A stretch of DNA of 63,098 nucleotides, filler included, from Phoronis australis (lineage: Eukaryota > Animalia > Phoronida), in assembly GCA_002633005.1 (NCBI GenBank). It is 6 parts of 6 records of this genome, joined end to end, with 100 filler letters (N's around TTAATTAATTAA, not from the genome) between each part and the next. Parts side by side here need not be neighbours in the genome. Positions count along the whole stretch, not along the records: positions 1 to 17,108 come from NMRA01000234.1; 5 more parts are not named here. The stretch is one strand, 5' to 3'. The position numbers and the translations under genes were made by a program. The stretch's first letter is position 1, and every line of letters begins with the position of its first letter. Of this stretch, positions 1 through 12,661 are shown in pieces. A model generated the notes under the pieces. It was not told where the DNA came from and ran no database searches. It worked only from the letters and a program-made list of their open reading frames with translations.

Positions 1-380
1 GGGGGTAACCCACCACTAGATTTGTCTGGCAGTGTTCATTCGTGATACCTGGGCTTACGGTGAATATTTTGCGACTGGTTTCAAGCGGTTACCTCTTGGA
101 TTGATCTAGCTCAATTTTTGTACCCTGTATATGTTCGTCTGGCGGGTACTCCCCACCACTGAAATTGTCTGGCAGCGACCAATTTTGATACAATGGATGA
201 CGTAGCAGGTATTGAAGGCAGTTTTAAGTGGTTACCAGAAAAGTTGATCTAGCTCAATTTTTTAGTGCAATTCTCTTGGCTCCCCTGACCACACCCACCA
301 GAGCTAACCTGCCAGAAGGCCATTTCCAAGCATCAGGATACCCATAGAGCACTGTGGCACCAAAGAAAATTGGTTACCTT
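1..380. repeat. ~142-bp degenerate tandem repeat (2 full + 1 partial unit)
   Basis: ccccaccact at ~9 and ~151; ttgatctagctcaattttt at ~101 and ~244; ggttacc recurs in all three units. Confidence 0.6.
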
Positions 381-2404
381 TTCATGCCCAAAAAAGCTCT
401 GGGATCCCGGTCTATTAGGCCGAAGGTTCACAATTTCGAGAACAGCTTATTAGTTCTAAAACAGTTTGACAAGGACAAGGTCTTTTCAATAGATGTGCGT
501 GTGGTTAATTGAAAACAGTCGATTTTTCGATGATTTGTAAATTTTGTCAATGCATGTTTTGTCTATTTACAAGCCACACCCAAGCCCCAACAATACCCCC
601 ATCACCCTCGGATAACCAAAACGAATTCCGAAAGATTTAAGGTGCAACTTATGAAGGTAAACTATCATTGCCGACGGCCTTTTTCCGACGAAATTGACTA
701 CTGTGGCGCTTCTTGGTAGCAAACTGAAAAATTTGATTTTGTCAGTTGTTTGTAAAATACACGTTTTTGTCTATTTACAAGCCATACACATACCCCAACG
801 ATGTGCTGCGACCCACGGATAACCAAAACAGGAGAAGGATTTAGTAAGAAAATTATGAAGGTAAACTAAGGTTGGTTGCGTTTCATACTGCATTCATATA
901 AATAACTGCAGTTCGATACTTTGAAGGTTCTCAAGTCCAGACACCCACAACACGAGAAATGAAACTGTTTTTAAAAATGCCGTATCAGGCCTAAGGTTCA
1001 CGATTCCGACAGACAAGAAAGTTAGTTTGTCCAAAGTAAGGCTACGAAACCAGAAGCCGGTTATTCAGTCAACGACAGCAAAGCAGCAAAATTTTAGTGG
1101 CGGTAAAACAAAGTTTGAAAATGTAAATGAAAGCGAAAGCTCAGTGCACATTGCTGAACTGTGTTTGGATCTTTTCCAAAGTGTTTAACTTATCCCAAAA
1201 TATTTTGTTCCAAATCAACGTTCAGAAACTCGTGTCATTAAAGTTTGAACTTTTAGCTTTCGCAGTTATGGGCTTTCGTACTTGCGTGTATTTGTGGACT
1301 TAAAAACCTTCGGAAAAATGAAAGTCGTGATTTCATACCTTCAGCAAACACGCTTTCTCATTTCTAGTTTTGAATTGAAGTCATGTATTCTTTATCGCTT
1401 CTAAAGGCTTGGTTTCCTTTTAACCGTATTGTAGATTTAATAACGACTTGGTCATTCTTCGAACGGTGGGCTTCGGCTGACTAGTATACCATTAACGCGC
1501 GGAATTTAACGTCGAAAGCAGTGACAGTATACCCAAGGTAGGCCCGGACAACTAACATTTACTCGCCAGTCATTCAACATCTGTCTTTATTCATGAACAC
1601 TGTTTCACATTTGGTTTCAGGGCAAAAAACTGTAAATTTAAGAAAAAAAACAAAAGCACATTAATGTTAAAACAATGGTACCAATCACACAGTGGATTTC
1701 ATTCGATGAAAATAAACGTTTCAGAAGTCATCACAGAAAAACAGTTAATACGATCATTTCATTTTCGTTTTTTGAACGGTGTTTAAACATAGATTATTAC
1801 ATGGCGAAGTCGATATCCCCCGTTAACTAGAGCCCGAGTGGATTTTGGAGAATTATCGCCCGAGGGGCGTTAAGCCACATACTGAACGAGGAACATTGCA
1901 ATGAATCGATCTACCTTTCTCTACTCGCCTCGGCTTTGTAACTACTTTCTATGTCAGAGACCCGGGGTCGAAGGTCGTGACTTTTTAAGAAAAGCCGAGA
2001 TATTTTTGTAAAATAATGCTTTTACTCAAAACCAATTGAAAAATAAAACAAAATAGAAATAAAGTGAATCTATAAATTAAGGTTTAGCAACTGTTATGGC
2101 CTACTACACATTTTATCACGCTAAGCTTCGACCGGGAATATAAAATAAGTTACCACTAGTAACTGACTATAATGCTCAAGTCAAAGGATCCCGACCACAC
2201 GACACTATTCAAATTGGAGATCGGTGATTTATAAGTGAGAGAACACGAGAGAAAAATTTCACTGAATTAAAATATCGTTTTTAAGTAAATTATGCATCTT
2301 ATTTTTCATAGCGTATAATTGCCGGTGCAATGCCCTTTGCTGAACATGCGATTGTTGCGCGTGCTCATTTAAGTATTCTATTTTCACGTTCGATGACGTC
2401 AGCC

Positions 2405-2474
2405 GCTGAGTGGTGTAGTGGTAAAGTCGGCGAATCGCAACTGTTGAGGCCCGGGTTCAAATCCGGCCTCGGTT
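2405..2474 (+). pseudogene. Degenerate tRNA-like sequence (tRNA pseudogene or SINE head) inside an ~0.77-kb insertion in the array
   Basis: A box TGGTGTAGTGG, B box GGTTCAAATCC, and GCTGAG/CTCGGT acceptor-like pairing. Anticodon and T stems pair poorly. Confidence 0.55.
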
Positions 2475-5400
2475 TCCGGCCAAAATGTTATCTCACTAGT
2501 GAGATAACTTTATGGGTTATTACACGGCTGTATCTGCCATTCGAGGCTAATATTGTGGTATAAATCATGGTATTTAACATGTTACCTAAATCTGAACTGC
2601 TATTCTGATACGAATCTTCAAAGATAATACATGATCTGAACAACCATGACTTCACCACTACTGACAGAGAACCAAAGATAACACTGAACCACCTACTCAA
2701 ATGATACCGTAATTGGAAAGGTAAAAAAATCTGAAGTTGCCCCTTCCGTGAGGGTGCGCCATGAGATGCTGTCTTACACGGTACACGAAGGACGATAGAG
2801 GTATGAAACTTTCATTATTGATAACATTTTGTCTGGCTGATACTTGCAGTTACAGTTGTCTACCTGTGTCAACTTTGTGGTGTCCAAATCACTGTGACAG
2901 CGTTTAAGTGCTGTCGAACATTGTTTGGATCCTTTCGAGAAGAGGCACTGGCACTTCCAAAAAGTAGTTTCAAACAGGAACGTGCATACAAATCTCCGAA
3001 CATTTTGCTAACTGTAATTAATGAAAGTTCGAAATTTTAGCTTTCAAACTAATGAACTGTCGACCTAGTTTGGACCTTTGGATTTATGGATTTTTGGACT
3101 TGCAAACCTTCGGACCAATGAATAAGTGATTTCATACCTTCTGCTCACACTCTTTCTCACTTGTACTTTTCAATTCAGATCATAAGGTTTCATTGCTTCC
3201 AATGAGATGACTTTGTTGAACATCATTGTAGGCTTTTAAGAAATTGACCTAATTTCGTCAAACCACTGGACATTGGCTGACTAGTATACCATTGTCATGC
3301 GGGATCTGACGTCGCGAGCAGTGAGAGTGTACCAAAGGTGCCGCTAGACCACTCACAGGAATGACATCAGAGTCAAAAGGTATGGTGCCGTTCACCCCTA
3401 AATATCCTGGAAGTTAAATGCTTCGACTGTCTGTGTGTTCTACGAGTCATCAAAACTGTACAGAAGCCTTGTTTGATTTGGAAAATTCAAGTCATTCAGG
3501 CATCTAATTTTATTCATATGCACTGTATTACATCTAGTTTCAGGGCACAGTCCCTCAAAAACCGTAAAATGTAGCAAAAGACAAAGCCACGTTAATGACA
3601 AAACAATGATATCATTAATAAGATCGAAATTTATTTCATAAAAGTGTTCCAGAAGTGACCTCAGAACTCTATTACCGTTCTAAAATATAGTTTTTACTCT
3701 TCATTTTTGTTTTGTGAAATGTCTTTAAATCACAGTATTTGGAGGTGTTACATGAATAAGAACAGCTATTTCTGAGATTTAAACGTTCAAAGTTAGAGAA
3801 ATATAGACGTTTGTTCCACGGTCTTATAGGATCTGAGCAAGCTGGACACTGACATTACCACCACTGGCACAGAACAAAAGATGTCGCTGAACCACCAACA
3901 CAAAATGATACCATAATCGGAAACGCAAAAAAAATCCCTTGTTGCACTCTCCCTTAGGCTGCATCATGAGATGCTGCCCTAAAAGATACATGAAGGACGA
4001 TAGAGGTGTGTAACTGTCGTTATTGACAACATTTTGGTCTGACTGACACTTGTGACAACTTTGTGGTGTCTTGATCATTGTAACAGCTTTAAAGTGATAA
4101 CGGTATTTTACTTGTACTCTGGCTTGTACTCAGGTTTTAGTGTTTGGTTTGTGATGACGCACATGTACTTTAAATGGATACACCTCTCCTTGCACCAAAT
4201 CTATCACCATTTGCTTTCACTTGTCGTTTGTTACTTGTGTTGCAGGAATATTCGTATTGACGATAACACTCTTTCTAATTTCGACTAACATTTGTACTAA
4301 GATACTAACACATACCCTAACACACGAAAAACAGCATGACTGAATCCAAATGACGATCCTTTGAGCATGCTGAATGCTGTTAACTGAGTTCCTCTGCAGA
4401 TGCCATAACCAGGTGGAGCTGAGCAGTGGTTCCCTTGATCGATTACACCCTTGGCAAGGAGATGGATTTTTCAATTACATTGATTATTCAAGTATCAAAT
4501 GGAAAACAACAATTGATTTCTCAATTGTTTGTAAATTTTATTATTCCACGGTTTTGCTTATTCACAACAACGATACGTTGCGACCCCTGGATTACCAAGA
4601 CGGATGAAGGAGAATGGAAGAAGAAGAATGACAAACGAAGACTAAAATTAAGAATGTAATATAATTTTGCTTGCGGTTCATACTGAATTGGTATAAATAG
4701 GGTAGAGCTCTATACTATGCAGGTTCACAAGTCTAAAGGCAAATCATCTGACAATTGAATATATTTCTAAATGAGCCCTTTAACCCCGAGGGTTCACAAA
4801 TCCGACAGAAAGAAAAGATACTTAGTTCGAAACTAGTCCGAAGGTCTATTATACCTGAAACCTGTGATTTAGCCATGGACAGGGAGCAGCAAGATTGTAG
4901 TAGTGGTAAACAAATATTATTTGAAAATGTAAATAAATACAACATCTCTGCACATTGCCGAATATTACTGTGATCCTTCCGACAGGCTCTCAGGGTTCCA
5001 TAAAGTAGTTTCAAATAGGCACGTGCATATAAATACCCGAACCTTCTTCTCCAAACAACTTTTCAAAATCTTGATACATGAAAGTTCTAACTTTTAGCTT
5101 CGAACTGGTGCGGACCTTCGAATTTATAGATTTTTGGACGTTTAAGCTTTCAGAACAACGAATACCTTGAATTCATACCTTCTGCTCACACTCTTTCTCA
5201 CTCGTAGATTTCAGTTCAGATCATACGATTTCATTGCCTCCAAGGGATTGACTTCGTTTGAATGGACTGACTAATATATCACTAGCATGCGGCATGCGGG
5301 ATTTGACGTCGCGAACAGTGGGATGAAACCACAGGACCACTAACACGAATGACACCACAGTAAAAAATTATGGTGCCATTAAGCTGTAAACATCCTGAAA

Positions 5401-8400
5401 GTTACATGCTTTGACCGTATGGGCATTCTAGGACCCACCAATCCATACTTGGTTTCAGGGCACAATGAATTATTTCTCAAAAACCGTACAATTTAGCTTA
5501 GGACAAAAAGCACATTAATGGTAAAACAATGGTATCAATAACATGATCGAATTTAATTTGATGAAGGTGTTCCAGAAGTCATCTCAGAACTCTGTTAAAG
5601 TTGTAAAATATGCTCTTATCATTTTCGTTTACTAAGCGGTGTTTAAATCATAGTATTTGAAAGTTTTACAACAATGTGAACTGTCATTTCTGAGATACAA
5701 ACGTTAGAGAAATGTAAACGTTCTTTCTAGGGTCTTACAGGCTTCGAACAACAAAGACCATGGCCTTGCCGCAACTTGCAGTGAACCAAAGATGTTGCTG
5801 AACCACGAACACAAAATAACACCCGAGTGGAAAAGGTACAAACGTCTCGCAAGCTGCTTCTTCCGTGAGGGCGCGCACCATGAGTTGCTGTGTTATCGAG
5901 TCATGAAATACGACAGTGGTGTATAGCTTTCGTTATTTATAATATTTTAGTCTGGGTGGCACTTGCAGTTACAGTTCTCCACCTATGACAATTGTGTGGT
6001 GTCCTGGTCGCGTCGTTGTAAAATATTTTAAGTTTTGGCTGTATTTTACTTGTACTCTGGGTTGTACTCAGGTTTTAGTGTTTTTTTCGTGAAAACGCAC
6101 ATGTACTTTAATTTGATACACCTCTCCATCCACCATTCGCTTGCACCACACGTTTGTAAATTGTCTTGCTCGTGTATTCGCGTTGACGCCGATTCTCTTT
6201 CTAATCCCGACTAACAATTACACTAACCAACTGACACAAGCCCAATCGTACCCAGAAAGACAGCATGAATAAATCCAAATAACGTAAAAGGTCACAAAAA
6301 GTTTGTTAATACATGTTTTTTGTCTATTGACTCGCCATACCCACGCAACAGCGATACGCTGCCATCCACGGATAACCAAAACGGAAGAAGAAGCATGGAA
6401 GAAGAAAATTGACAACCGAATACTAAAGCTTAGAAAGAAATCTAATATTGCTTGCGAATTATCATGCATTGGTATGAATAGGATAGAGCTCGATACTCCG
6501 AAGGTGTACAAGTTAGAAGCCAAATTATGCGACAAATGAAAACGTTTTCAAAAGGACCTTGAGTCCAAAGGTCCACAAATCCAATAAAAAGAAGGTCTAG
6601 TTGAAACTATTGACGAGGTCTGACAACAGAGCAGCAAAATTTTACTGGCTGTATTCCAAAATTTGATAATGTAACTAAATGTAGCAGCTCAGTAAGCATT
6701 GACAAAATTTGTTTGGATCCCATTGAGGAGCACTGGCTCTTCGAATTACTAGTTTCAAACGGCACGTGTATAGCAACTAACTCCAAAATTTTTCACGAAA
6801 TCACTTTTCAGAGCCTCGTGTCCTGAAAGATCGAACGTTTACTTTTGAAAATGATAAGCTTTCGGACTTCAGTGAATATTAAGATTTATGGATTCTTGGT
6901 CTAGCTAACCTTGAAACCGAGGAATACCGTGATTTCATACCTTCGGCCCAAACACCTTCTCACTTATAGATTTCAGTTCAGGTCGTATTGCTTTATCACT
7001 TTCAAGGGATTCATTTTTAGCGACTTGTCCCAGTGTCCAACAACCGGACTTTGGCTGACTAATATACCACCGACGTGTGATAACTGAAGTTGCCAGTAGT
7101 GACAATATATCAAATGTGTTGCAGGACCACTATGACGAAAGACACCAGAGTCAAACGGTGTGGTGCAGTTCATCTGTTAACGTTCTGGACGTGTGTACTC
7201 CTATGTGCAACTTAATTGATTCGAAAAAATGAAGTGAAAATTCTATTTGCTTCTCATTTAGGCACCGTCTTTATTAGTGTACACTGTTTCATACCTGGTT
7301 CCAGGGCACAATCTCTCAAAAACTGCAAAATTTAGCATAAGAGAAAAGCACATTATTAGTAAAACAACGGTGTCCATAACAATATCGAATTTCATTTGAT
7401 AAAAATATTTCAGAAGTCGTATCAGAAACACTGTTAATAATCTAAAATATGATCATTTCATTTTCGTTTTGTGAACGACGTTTAAATAATAGTATTTGAA
7501 TGTTTCACACAAATCTGAAGAGATATTTCTGAGAAATGTACTTAACACTTCTTTTAGGGTCATACAGGATCTGAACAAGCAGGATCCACCACTGGCAACA
7601 AACCAAACATGTCGCTGAGCCACTAACACAAAAAGACACCAGAGTCAGAAAGGTAACAGAAGCCCGGAAGTTTCCTCTTTCGTCAGGCCACATGCAATGA
7701 GGTGCTATCTTACCCCATGCATGAAGCACGATAGCGGTAACTGTTGTTATTGTTAACACTTTGGTCTTCACCTGTTACCACAGTTTGGTGTCCATTTCGT
7801 TGTAATAGACTTCAAGTGTTGCCTGCATTTTAGTTGTACCCTTGGTTCTACTCACGTATTAATGCTTGGGTCGTGATGACGCACATTTATGATCGACATA
7901 TTTCCCGAATAATAGATAAATGATACGTGCGTCGCAAGCTCGTTACCAGAGATGAAAAGAAGACCGAGATAGGCAATATAAGGTCATTTATTATGACTAA
8001 ACTTTAGTGGCGGTAACCACTTTGTTTGCCTCCTTTCTAGAGGCACAGGCTCTTCGAAGAACTAGTGTCAAACAGGCATGTACTTCCAAATTGCCGAATA
8101 ATTATTTTGCTCGAAATCGCCGTTCGGAACCTCGCGTCATGAAAGTTTGAACTTTTAGTTTTCGAACTAATGGGGTTTGGGACTTGCGTTGATCTTCGAA
8201 TTTGAAGACTTAAGTATCAGTCCACGGATCCACCGACCACTGTACAGCCAACAAGCGGCAAGGTGGGGGGCCAGCCATTCAGATCCATGTTCAGTCTGAT
8301 AAATCGCATTAGGGATGAGAGAAATTGGATAAAGTATGACACCACAAAGTTTGGTGGTTTAGGAGATACAAGGGAAGTGTTCTGGTGGCAAAATGAGGCA

Positions 8401-8423
8401 ATTTGTTGGTGTGGAATGAGTAA

Positions 8424-8868
8424 TTTTTGACCAAATTTTCTACTCCAGTTTCTGCTTCAAACAGAGTCGTTTCTGAACAATTTTGATATCACATGATAGG
8501 TTCATGACCATTGTCAGTAAAAACGGCACCGACACTGAAATATCGGTTACCATGGTAACACTGGAGCTGTTTCTGTGGAGGTACAGTTCATTCTTGCGAA
8601 AAACCAGCAGTAAGCTGTGCCCTAATAGCGAAGCTGCCCCCGCGANTTTTTGACCAAATTTTCTACTCCAGTTTCTGCTTCAAACAGAGTCGTTTCTGAA
8701 CAATTTTGATATCACATGATAGGTTCATGACCATTGTCAGTAAAAACGGCACCGACACTGAAATATCGGTTACCATGGTAACACTGGAGCTGTTTCTGTG
8801 GAGGTACAGTTCATTCTTGCGAAAAACCAGCAGTAAGCTGTGCCCTAATAGCGAAGCTGCCCCCGCGA
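8424..8868. other. Exact 222-bp duplication around a single N (likely unmerged contig overlap, assembly artefact)
   Basis: 8424-8645 is repeated at 8647-8868, separated by n at 8646. Confidence 0.85.
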
Positions 8869-9389
8869 GAAAACTAAAAACAATAACATGGACATGTAGA
8901 AGACTCCATGCCCTTGAAATTAATACAATAAGAAATTTGTCAGCCCTTCAGGCAGGCTTGGTAATAGGTGTCTGAAATTCACTATTTTCAGACCGCGTAT
9001 GTGTGTGTGTCCTGTTAAACCAGTCACTAGTTGTGCGCCATTTCTACCCATTAAAATGCCGTGGTATAATACCACAATTAAAAGAATTGGTTTGCTTAAA
9101 CGTTTTTAATTGATTTTGAGGACACTAGCATTTCCCACTAAAATATGAAATTATACTAAATTTGTTCATCCAACTCATCTGAATACCAAACTAAAGCTTA
9201 CAATGCGTTAGTTAAATGATGGCTGATCTAAAGTGCGGGTTTGCGAATTTATCTATTTATCTGGCACTGCCAGTCGCATCGAATGTAGTATTTCTACAAA
9301 TTGCGGAGAGAAAGAACTTTGGAAACTCGTGGGAAATGCACAAGGAATAGAGCGAGACATTTGAGTACCTTATAAGAGTAAGGGGAGCT

Positions 9390-10720
9390 GATGTGAAGGT
9401 GGAACGTGTCCTCCTGAGAAGTAGTCTGTCTCAGTGTCTGCCTCGGAGGCAGGTGTGGAGCAGGAGCTACATAATCTACCGTAGTAGATTCACTTGTCCG
9501 AATCATCGTTACAACCCTCGAGATATATTGGCGTCACCAAAGGCACTGAGTACATTCACTGCACACTAGAGGAGAATAGATAGAGGTCTGAAAAATGACC
9601 AAAGACCTTAAGTCAAGGTTCAACGTTCTGCTTCGTGTGAGCTCAGGTAGGAATCACCACACTCCAGGGTCTGACCCTGAAGAATATTTTTAGAAGCACG
9701 TCATTCATGCAAAAATACTTTTATTGACTCACCGTGATTGCTTATAACTTGGGTCTTATTGCTTAACCACATCTTATTCAAATGTGTTGATGTTTATGCA
9801 ACTACATGTATATGCATTGGCATAGAAAATAGGTAGTCATCGTAACTTTTCATCACAACCATCAAATGTGTAACATGACTTCTGCCCATGAACTTCTTTT
9901 AGAGATTAGGGAGTATGTTATGTCTGCCAATGAATTTCTGCGATTATGAAGTTAATTAAACATGCTAAAGCCGTCAAAAATATTGGTGTATTTCTAAAAA
10001 TTATTACATTGGTCAGTTGTTTCATGTTTCAATGTTATGAAGAGAAATATACCGGTAATGCACAACTTATTCATTTCACAATGATCGCTGACACATAGGT
10101 AGTGCAGATAATTTAAATCGGTCTCGATATTTTCTACGCGTAATGTGCCATACCTCTGTTTTATACCTTTTTCATTTTGAAAATTTTTATAATCAAATCT
10201 GAATAATTTATTTGTGATACCTTCACTTTAGCTTGGTATTCACATTTTCTGAGCCGAAATGGCCACATTAAATTTAATACGTTTAATTTTTTCATTAATA
10301 CAATTTTAGGAATCAGGAAAGGCTGAAGAAGTGGCTTCTGCTGAAGTTGGAGACCTGCCGATTATTAGTAAAGGTTGGGTATGGAAAAGTTCAAAACCAA
10401 CAAGAATGTACCCTACTGGACAACTGAGTGAGGGGGCTAGAGAGAGGCCGAAAAGTCTACTCCCAGAAGATATGTCAAACAGAATTTGTAACTTGAGGAA
10501 CGAGTCATGGAAAAAGTATTTGCCAAAGATCACTGGCTTATACCACAACAGGTCCAAAGTAATTTGTTGAGATAGGCCACTCTCAGCAAATGTGGGGAAA
10601 CTGGGACAGAGGAAGTGGAGTATGCATTGAAAGAGGCAATCTGCGATTGTAAAGGATGTAGCATTGTAAAAATTCAAAGGGAGGAAACAGTACAATGGTT
10701 GGACCTGTAAATACTCTGAC
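9390..10720 (+). pseudogene. Fragmented transposase remnants (N- and C-terminal pieces; catalytic core apparently deleted)
   Basis: ~9490-9570 reads FTCPNHRYN/LEIYWRHQRH*VHSLH, resembling CPxHRxxLGxxWR..CxHPxH. ~10370-10570 reads KGWVWKSSKPTR...PEDMSNRICNLR/EKVFAKDHWLIPQQVQSNLLR, resembling GWALK...F..EWLT.QQI.S.FSR. I recall both motifs from Sola3-type transposases. Stops and frameshifts are present. Confidence 0.55.
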
Positions 10721-12501
10721 TGGTCTTCTAAATCTAGTGGTGGCATTGTTGTGTAGGGAAATAGGCTTGTGTGTTGTCGCAAGCTTTGTTTGCACCAGAA
10801 CTGCTTGTGTGAACAGCACAAATCTAAAACTTACCTGGACTGAATTTTTGTCCAGGCACTGATCATGATCCTGGACCACATGGTAATGGTACATTGTTCA
10901 TTTTGTTTAGCCATTGGATTTTTTGGTCTGACAGGATTTCTCAGTTTGGCCGTCACATTTAGATAATTTCTGACCACTGTACTGTTCCCTTTCCTTAAAG
11001 ATGCATAATTGATCTGAATTTATATTTCCGCATTTTATTTATCATTATAGATTTTTTGTTTTTAAATGGTTATATATTACTGAAATTTAAGCCCCTGTTG
11101 CAGTTACGCTGGTTTTGTTAACTTATCTTTCTGACTGGGTTGTAAACCCATAATCTGTCCAGGAGGTAATAAGTTTTGATTTAGACCATTTACTTCTATA
11201 AACTTTGCTCAGTTTGTTCCTTATCCAGATGGGAAGTGAATTCTGGAATTGTAGCGAATTGACAGTTCGCTATTACATGAGACCATGCTGTGTGTATAAA
11301 ATTACGCACTATAAGACTGGTCTCTAGCAAATGCATATTGCCAAATCTTTCAAAGTTCTGAAATTGCTCAAAAGTGACCTGGAAGTAATACCTATTTCAT
11401 GATGGTAAAATGTCTAAATCAAAAGTTGTTTTATGTGATTTTAGGCGAGTTTATGTCCACTACAAATGATTTTTGTTGCAGTACTGACAAGTATTGATAC
11501 ATTAGCTCTGGTGGCTCCTTGTTTTTTGGCGAATTGACCATTTTATGGTTCCCCTGGGTAGTTTTGTTACTGGTATAGTATGTATGTACAACTGTAATCG
11601 TAGGGCAATTGTAATGCAAACCATGTTGCAAAAGTATTTTTTCATGACCATTTCATTGTTTGTAAAAATGCTGCCTAATTGGAGCCGACAGGCCAATTTA
11701 TCATATTGTGGTGGTTATTTTGATCAGAACATTGATGTGGTAAATACAGCTACCTCAAGTTTGTGAAGAAGAGATTACCTGTGTTGTCAGCGACATTGCG
11801 AAATCACTTTTTCGCAGTGAGACTACATCACCTTAAATGTAATTCCCTGACGTTATGGGCTTTGTGTGGTTGACTCTGTCCTGTAGCAATTGGAGTGTTG
11901 AAAAGATCTAGAAGGCAATTTTTATTAGAGTCATAACATTTGCACTTTTGACTGTACAGTTATCTTTGGATTGTATGACGAAAACATATTTTGTAGTACA
12001 CAAGTCTCTGGTTGGTATTTTATATTTTTTCACAGGGAATATTTTCAACTTAGATGAGTTGTCTGTGAGGTAGGCAATTTTCAAATAAGAAAATGAATAA
12101 AATTGTCAAACATAGTTTTATTTTTTAGATGTGTGATCTTCCAATAAGTGATTACTTGTAAAAAAATTGTGCATAATTTGATTTTTACTCTTCATTTAAA
12201 GGAGAATAAATCCATAAACCTGCATTGTCTAGAAATTTTACTCAAACTACACATTACAGGATTGGGGATTGGAATCATAATACAACGGAGTCTGAACCCG
12301 TACCATGAGCAACACAACATAATACACAGATATAAAAATTTGGTGTTTAGGTTCCGCGGAAAGGATTTGTGTGCGCGGTAATAGTTACTAAGGTGCGTGG
12401 TCATTGTTTGTGGATACTTTGGGATTCCTCTTCTGTGGTCATCCACGGGAAACCTGGTGGCATTGTGAACAATAGATTAGCATCTTCATTTTTCCCGTTG
12501 T

Positions 12502-12661
12502 CAGTGCTGTAGTTGTAAAATTAGAGGTAAGTAGGCGCCCCGGCAAAGCCCACTGTATTACTTTGAGCACTGAACGTAACTTACGGTGCATAGGCGCCAC
12601 GTTCAAATGCCAAAAGGTGGTTGGCTGCGTTTACGTGCGCCTACGCCCCACTACAGCACTG
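12502..12661. mobile_element. 160-bp hAT-type MITE nested in the TTAA transposon
   Basis: Perfect 12-bp TIR cagtgctgtagt/actacagcactg; 8-bp TSD cccgttgt/cccgtttt (7/8). Confidence 0.85.

Noticed and set aside
2405-2474. Functional tRNA gene (also 21612-21690 and 50436-50495)
   Set aside because: A/B boxes are present but the anticodon and T stems are broken; treated as tRNA-derived remnants.
8424-8868. 222-bp perfect direct repeat as LTR or internal repeat
   Set aside because: Identical copies separated by one N, typical of an unmerged contig overlap.
10306-10894. Minus-strand ORFs of 171 and 103 aa
   Set aside because: Antisense shadows of the plus-strand transposase remnant; no recognisable motifs.
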